A stretch of 64,000 nt of DNA from NCBI RefSeq assembly GCF_006345805.1, contig NC_043004.1, forward strand, positions 32,426,001-32,490,000, written 5' to 3'. The notes under the pieces were generated by a model. That model was not told the origin of the DNA. It saw only the letters and a list, made by a program, of their open reading frames with translations, and searched no databases. Shown here one piece after another: positions 57,323-64,000 of this stretch. The stretch is from Octopus sinensis (taxonomy: Eukaryota). Each line of letters begins with the position of its first letter. Positions within the stretch are counted from its first letter, which is position 1. Position numbers and translations under genes: made by a program.

Positions 57323-57325
<3 letters not shown>
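55190..57325 (+). mobile_element. Penelope-like element 3' part
   Basis: DFLDVNF, SNHPPVI, WFNP and CPLEGKCLVKGVVYRAKV...YTGASENSFKIRF (coding to ~56230). Hammerhead and aataaa near 57250-57320. Confidence 0.8.
57253..57290 (+). ncRNA. Minimal hammerhead motif
   Basis: ctgt CTGATGA acggcaacaa GAAA ctcagag TA acag. Helix II is unpaired in this copy. Confidence 0.6.
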
Positions 57326-57365
<40 letters not shown>

Positions 57366-57485
57366 TATATATATATATATACATCCATACATACCTTCCT
57401 TCCTATCTATCTACCTACATAAAACACACACACATATACATATTATGTACACGACACAAACATGCACTCTACATACATACATACA

Positions 57486-57519
<34 letters not shown>

Positions 57520-57707
57520 CATACATACATACATACTCGTTACATAATTCAGAGTGTGTTAATAATACACAACACGCTATTCCCTTCTCACGTGGACACA
57601 CCAAACGAATGTATACACACCTCTTGGTGACAACATCCATCCACAACACGTGTTCGTGTCCGTGCAACAGCAACACGGTGGACGTATCCTGTAGCTGCTT
57701 GAGTGTA

Positions 57708-57751
<44 letters not shown>

Positions 57752-58441
57752 TGTCGCACTTCCCTGCCTGTGATACGAATGCAAGGTATGTATGCATGTG
57801 TTTACGTGTGCGTCAATTACGGCATTGTATGCACTTATTTGTGTATATGCAATCATATTTGTTCGTCCTCAAAGCTGCACCTTCTTTTTCTTCTTCTTCT
57901 TCTTCTTCTTCTTCTTCTTCTTCTTCTTCTTCTTCTTCTTCTCCTTCTTCTTCTTCTTCTCCTCCTTCTTCTTCTCCTTCTTCTTCTCTTTCTTCTTCTT
58001 CTTCTCTTTCTTCTCCTTCTTCTTCTCTTTCTTCTTCTTCTTCTCTCTTCTTCTTCTTCTCTTTCTTCTTCTTTCTTCTTCTTCTTCTTCTTCTCTTTCT
58101 TCTTCTTCTTCTTCTTCTTCTTCTTCTTCTTTCTTCTCCTCTCCTCCTTCTTCTTCTCCTTCTTCTTCTTCTTCTTCTTCTTCTCTTTCTTCTTCTTCTC
58201 TTTCTTCTCCTTCTTCTTCTCTTTCTTCTTCTTCTTCTCTTTCTTCTTCTTCTTCTCTTTCTTCTTCTTCTTCTTCTTCTTCTTCTCTTTCTTCTTCTTC
58301 TTTTTCTTCTTCTTCTTCTCCTTCTCCTTCTTCTTCTTTCTTCTCTTCTTCTTCTTCTTCTTCTTCTTCTAGTTTCCTTAATTCTCCTTCACATGCATGT
58401 CTCTCTGCTACTGAATATACATACATACATACATACATACA

Positions 58442-58477
<36 letters not shown>

Positions 58478-58560
58478 TACTCTTATGTGCATGTGTAGGT
58501 TTGCTTGTATATGCAAATATGTATGTATGTACACGCACCTATATCGTGTTTTTATGTGGC

Positions 58561-58782
58561 TGTGCAAGTGCGTGCCGGTGTGCATGTGCAAGCGCGTGCC
58601 GGTGTGCATGTGCAAGTGCGTGCCGGTGTGCATGTGCAAGCGCGTGCCGGTGTGCATGTGCAAGCGCGTGCCGGTGTGCATGTGCAAGTGCGTGCCGGTG
58701 TGCATGTGCAAGTGCGTGCCGGTGTGCATGTGCAAGTGCGTGCCGGTGTGCATGTGCAAGTGCGTGCCGGTGTGCATGTGCA
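58561..58782. repeat. 24-bp minisatellite, ~9 copies
   Basis: Unit tgtgcaagYgcgtgccggtgtgca. Confidence 0.95.
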
Positions 58783-59075
58783 TGTGTGCGTCTGTGCATG
58801 TGCATGTACATGAATGTGGAGATCATTTAGCAGAAGATTTTCTTTATGTTTTGTGGTCAACGGAGTGCAACGAAGATATTTGCCAAAAAAAAAAACAAAA
58901 AAAAACAACAAAAAAACGAAAAGAAAAGGATTTCCGTTGACAAGCGATTTTGGTTGTCAAGGTAAGACTGACGTAAAAACTGATTTTGGTAAATAACATC
59001 CTGCGAAAGCATACGATCGCCAATTGTGAGAGGTGAGTGGCTGTGAGAGGTGAACAATAAAACTAGGAAAGGTAC

Positions 59076-59122
<47 letters not shown>

Positions 59123-59228
59123 GAGAGAAAAGTACGAAGGAATGGTCGAAAATAACCCTAAGAAAGGAAGTGGCGGGGTTGATGGTGTAGCTTAAATACA
59201 GGTAGACATTACAGGTGTATGCATACGT

Positions 59229-59283
<55 letters not shown>

Positions 59284-59351
59284 TTTGTGTGTGTGTGTGT
59301 GTACACATAAGGGTGTTTGTACATGTGTATGTAGGGATGTATGTGTGTGAA

Positions 59352-59396
<45 letters not shown>

Positions 59397-59435
59397 GTAT
59401 GTACGTATGTGATTATGTATGTGTATTTGTATGTT

Positions 59436-59479
<44 letters not shown>

Positions 59480-59544
59480 ATATGTATGTATATATATGTA
59501 TATATATATGTGGTATATATATATGTATATATACTCTCTTTCTT

Positions 59545-59742
59545 TTTCTTTTACTTGTTTCAGTCATTTGACTGCGGCCATGCTGGAGCACCACCTTTAG
59601 TCGAGCAAGTCGACCCCGGGACTTATTTTTTGTAAGCCCAGTACTTATTCTATCGGTCTTTTTTGCCGAACCGCTAAGTGACGGGGACGTAAACACACCA
59701 GCATCGGTTGTCAAGCAAGGCTAGGGGGACAAACACAGACAT

Positions 59743-59797
<55 letters not shown>

Positions 59798-59955
59798 TAC
59801 GACAGGCTTCTTTCAGTTTCCGTCTACCAAATTCACTCACAAGGCATTGGTCGGCCCGGGGCTATAGCAGAAGACACTTGCCCAAGATGCCACGCAGTGG
59901 GACTGAACCCGGAACCATGTAGTTGGTAAGCAAGCTACTTACCACACAACCACTC
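59545..59955 (-). mobile_element. SINE with internal microsatellite (family also at 43730-44125, 47950-48335, 16925-17120, 6725-7340)
   Basis: Shared gactgcggccatgctgg, ggggacgtaaacacacc and gactgaacccggaacc blocks. Confidence 0.8.
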
Positions 59956-60502
59956 CTATGTATATATATATATATATGTATGTATGTGTATATGTATATA
60001 TATATGTATGTATGTATGCGCGCATGTATATATGTATGTGTACATCTATCTATGCGTGAGTGTGCGTATGTGTGCATGCATGTATGTATGTGTTATGTAT
60101 GTATGTATGTATGTATGTATGTATGTATGTATGAATATATATATATATATATTATATTATATATATATATTATATATACACACCATACATACAATAAACA
60201 ACAAACAAGTGAACAGCTACAATCTCTTCCTCTTTTAAATATTGTGTTTATTGTAGCTGGTCACTTGTTCGTTGAAAAACAAGAGCTAAACCACTCCAAG
60301 GTTGTTTTTAACGCACCTGAATGAAAGCATATACACTAAGAGGGGCCATAACTCACACTCAGTGACATTTGTAATTCTTCTCTATTGTGAAGCATTGCAA
60401 ACTGCTGCTTGTATTAATTTTATATATACACATTAGTGAATCGCTAAACCATCCAATCATTTGGATGACGAAAACATATGGTCATTGCACGAAGCTTAAC
60501 TG

Positions 60503-61087
60503 TTACTGGTGCTGTGATCGAATGTGACTTTTTAGCCCAGCCAAAGACCTACAATGTCTTGTACAGAATTGGCAACTAAAACCTTTACTGGTAATAGCCG
60601 GCTGTAGTTGTAACTGGGCTTCACGTACCTTTGCATGTCGTTTAAGTCCTCCTGCCGAATTACACTCTATTTCACATGTCTGACAGATATGATTAGTATG
60701 GTGTGTAACACCACCACCAGTGGCCAGGTTGTCACTCATCTGTCTCGCTTTATGACTACGAAGATGACTCTTGAGTCCAGCTTTACTGAGGCAGGGTCTT
60801 GCACAGACACTGCATGTCAGCATCATAAGAAGACCCTTCCCATCTGGAAGTGTAACAGCGATGCCCTTCCTGACATCCCTCCTTACTTTCTCATGTGCAA
60901 CTCGAGATTTCTCAAAAGTGGCTGTCCCCTCATGCACAATCCTTTTCCACCTGCTACGATCAATAGCTATGCCTTCCCATCTGTCAGGAGAGATGCAAGC
61001 ATCTCCTAAGGAAATCTTCAGCAAGTCCTTATACCTCTTTTTGGTTTATGTGGAGGTCGTTCTCCTTTAGCTAACTCTCCATAAAAG
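60503..61087 (-). mobile_element. RTE (BovB-like) LINE C-terminus with three C2H2-type fingers
   Basis: [28 protein letters not shown], then CSVC..HLRSH, CQTC..HAKVR and CQFC..HIRSQH. Confidence 0.85.
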
Positions 61088-62013
61088 ATACATACATACA
61101 TACATACATACATACATACATACATACATACATACATACATACATACATACATACATACATACATGTATATATATGTGTGCGTGTGTGTAGTGGATCTTG
61201 CATGCATGAAGTGGATTCGATCCACCATAACCAAATTTAAATTAACACAGCAACAGAACTTTTCCCACGCTGGAACAATGGTTTTTCTCTGACAGCAGTT
61301 TTACATTTTCCAGATGCCTTTAGCTAGGCCGAAATAATGTCTTCACCACTTGACCCTTTCTAACCTCTTCAACTTCCCCAAAAGCTAAAATAGAGATAAC
61401 AAGACCATCAACTACATCTATTGTTCTCAATGATATATCTATCCTTCTGGATAGTTATAAAAGCAAGCACACTCCAAGCAAAAGTCAGTCACGGTCGATG
61501 ACGACTCAACGAGTCTAGTCACATGGTGACCACTCAACGAAGTCTGGCTGACCAGCTAGAGCATTGGTCAGAGGGAGAAATGAAGTTTACTGTCAGCGAC
61601 TGTGAGACAACGACCACACCCTACAGCTCTTACTAGCTCTAATTCTGTTCTCTCACAACATCATTCTATCTCTCTCCGCACTTACTACTAAACAATGAAG
61701 AGAACCCAAACACAAGCTTTACTTCGCATGCTTTTGGATTTATCATAACCTGCTCGTCGAGGCTAGGTATTGTAACGTAACGGTAAATAAATACTTTCTT
61801 AAAACTTCATGCATTGTCCATCTTTCACATCTTACAACTTGCCGTCATAACAACAAATTTTTATCGTTACAACTGCTGACTCCGATTAATCATATTGTGT
61901 ACCTAATGAATCTTACCCTTTACAATTGGTAACTACACCCAAATAAAACCTAACCCTTAAAACCGGTGACTGTCGACTACAACTAAAAACTTTATCGTTA
62001 CAAAAATTTATCG

Positions 62014-62068
<55 letters not shown>

Positions 62069-62337
62069 TATATATCAAATGGATGTCTTATAAAACTATC
62101 CCACAGATACAATAACAGCCATACCAGCAATCCAACATACACCTATCATCAGCTGCCTACGGATATCACTATGGTTTCGACACCTAGGCAGTACCATTCA
62201 ATACGGCGGTGTCAACAGCACTAAAATAAGTGTTTTTTAGGTACAAAAATACTTAAGATATCACCACATTCATTCAATCTTAATTCTTGGAAGGATTAAA
62301 CACTAACATTATTAATTAAACTACAACAAAGTGTATA

Positions 62338-62368
<31 letters not shown>

Positions 62369-62469
62369 TATATATATATATAATAATATATATATATATA
62401 TATATATATAGATTGGGTTTAGATTAGAATTGATTAAGGTTAATTGAGTTTTCCAGTTGTGTGAAAGTG

Positions 62470-63660
62470 GACAAAGGTGCCTGGACCACAGTCCCTAAAT
62501 GTATGAATAACCTCATTGTTCCCTGGATTCGTTTACAGCTCATTTCTATTCACCGTGTCAAACGTTTGCATTAAGATCAACGAAGATTTGTCAAGGGAGA
62601 AGTTTCCGATTTATGCACATTTCCTGCAACTGGCTAACTCTAAAGATCATCACTTTATCAGATCTAAATCCACACTGAGACACCGGGATCAAATGAAGTA
62701 TGTCTGCAGTCAATTCAGTAAAAGTCTGGCAATTCTCTCCCTAACAGTTACAAGTAAAGAAATACTTCTAGAATTATTAAACAGTTGGGCTTCGGTCTCC
62801 TTTGTGCTATGAAATCAGTACAGCAACTCTCCACTCCCGGTCAAGTGGTTAATCATTCCTGACGTGATAACTATTCCATATTTATTAGGGCGTCGAGCTG
62901 GCAGAATCGTTAGCACGTCGGGCAAAATGCTTAGCGGTATTTCGGCTGCCGTTACGTTCTGAGTTCCAATTCCGCCGAGGTCGACTTTGCCTTTCATCCT
63001 TTCGGGGTCGATTAAATAAGTACCAGTTACGCACTGGGGTCGATATAACCGACTTAAGCCCTTTGTCTGTCCTTGTTTGTCCTCTCTGTGTTTAGTCCCT
63101 TGTGGGTAGTAAAGAAATAGAAATAGGTATTTCGTCTGCCGCTACGTTCTGAGTTCCAATTCCGCCGAGGTCGACTTTGCCTTTCATCCTTTCGGGGTCG
63201 ATAAATTAAGTACCAGTTACGCACTGGGGTCGATGTAACCGACTTAAGCCCTTTGTCTGTTCTTGTTTGTCCCCTCTGTGTTTAGCCCCCTGTGGGCAAT
63301 AAAGAAATAGATAACTATTCCATATATTGACTGTTAGTCTGTCCGCAAGACCAGCCGCTCCGTCAACCCAATACTTTATAATCCCACCCGGTATGCCGTC
63401 AGGTCCTTGGATTTTCCAGAGCTGATTTATTTAACGGCAATTTTGAATTCTTATATCAACATTATTATCCGTTTCTTCAATAACATGTTGCTGCAGCAGG
63501 TCTTTTGTGACCTTCTCATCTATTGTGGATGGACTCTGAAGACGATCTGGGAAATGTTCTATTGATCTCTTCAGAACATCTTCAATAGCATCTGAGTGGA
63601 TCCGACAAACAACATCTGTTTCAGTACACGATTTCACATCAAGAGCCTAATACAAAAACC
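62470..63660 (-). mobile_element. RTE LINE RT fragment split by a SINE
   Basis: NNSRSISLL, MIFRVSQLQE and IFVDL..FDTVNR motifs. Same strand as 60503-61087. Confidence 0.65.
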
Positions 63661-63875
63661 ATACGCACGCACGCACGCACACACACACCATTGTTATATC
63701 TATCATCTTATTTTATTTCGTTTGTTTTATTCGTCCATTTGTTTCAATAACATGAAAATCAGTTTATTTAGAGAAAGGCATCTTTGCCTCGGGTGCAGTT
63801 TTGAATTTTAATCTTCGTGGACACAAAGAAAGAGTGACAGAGAGAAAGAGAGTAACAGAGAAAGAGAGGGATTCA

Positions 63876-63909
<34 letters not shown>

Positions 63910-64000
63910 GAGAGAGGGATTCAGGAAGAGAGAGAGAGTGAGTGAGTGAGAGGGATTCAGGAAGAGAGAGAGAGAGAGTGGGAGAGAGAAAGAGAGAAGG

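Noticed and set aside
58561-58782. CRISPR-like array
   Set aside because: Units are contiguous with no unique spacers, and the context is eukaryotic.
57703-58940. Long ORFs of 300-380 aa
   Set aside because: Read-through of CTT, CATA and 24-bp repeats with no protein motif. The same applies to the YI/HT/CV-rich ORFs throughout the window.
61187-62018. Solo LTR (tgtagtg...cgctaca)
   Set aside because: The termini merge with TG/CA microsatellites, and there is no target duplication or second copy to support it.
62140-62220. Hammerhead (CTGATGA and cGAAAc on the minus strand)
   Set aside because: The segments flanking the core are not complementary, so the helices cannot be completed.

Overview
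AT-rich, microsatellite-dense eukaryotic DNA. The SINE/LINE content suggests an octopus (inferred, not verified). Almost all ORF-track entries are microsatellite read-through. The only host gene I can support is frataxin: its last two coding exons (10969-11063, 15426-15564, + strand). The rest is decayed mobile DNA: Gypsy LTR elements; CR1, RTE, Tx1/L1 and R4/Dong LINEs; several Penelope-like elements (PLEs); Helitrons; Merlin-, piggyBac-, mariner- and Chapaev-like DNA elements; and modular tRNA-derived SINEs. The most interesting signals are: (1) about ten minimal type I hammerhead ribozyme motifs, several at PLE ends or in fold-back repeats, two of which carry compensatory swaps of the catalytic C3-G8 pair (G3-C8 at ~17.3 kb, A3-U8 at ~31.3 kb); (2) a 7-unit heat-shock element with ETS sites and a TATA box at ~47.7 kb and no visible downstream gene; (3) an orphan ETS/CRE/CCAAT promoter at ~23.3 kb. 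All calls were made by eye. Boundaries of decayed elements are approximate.
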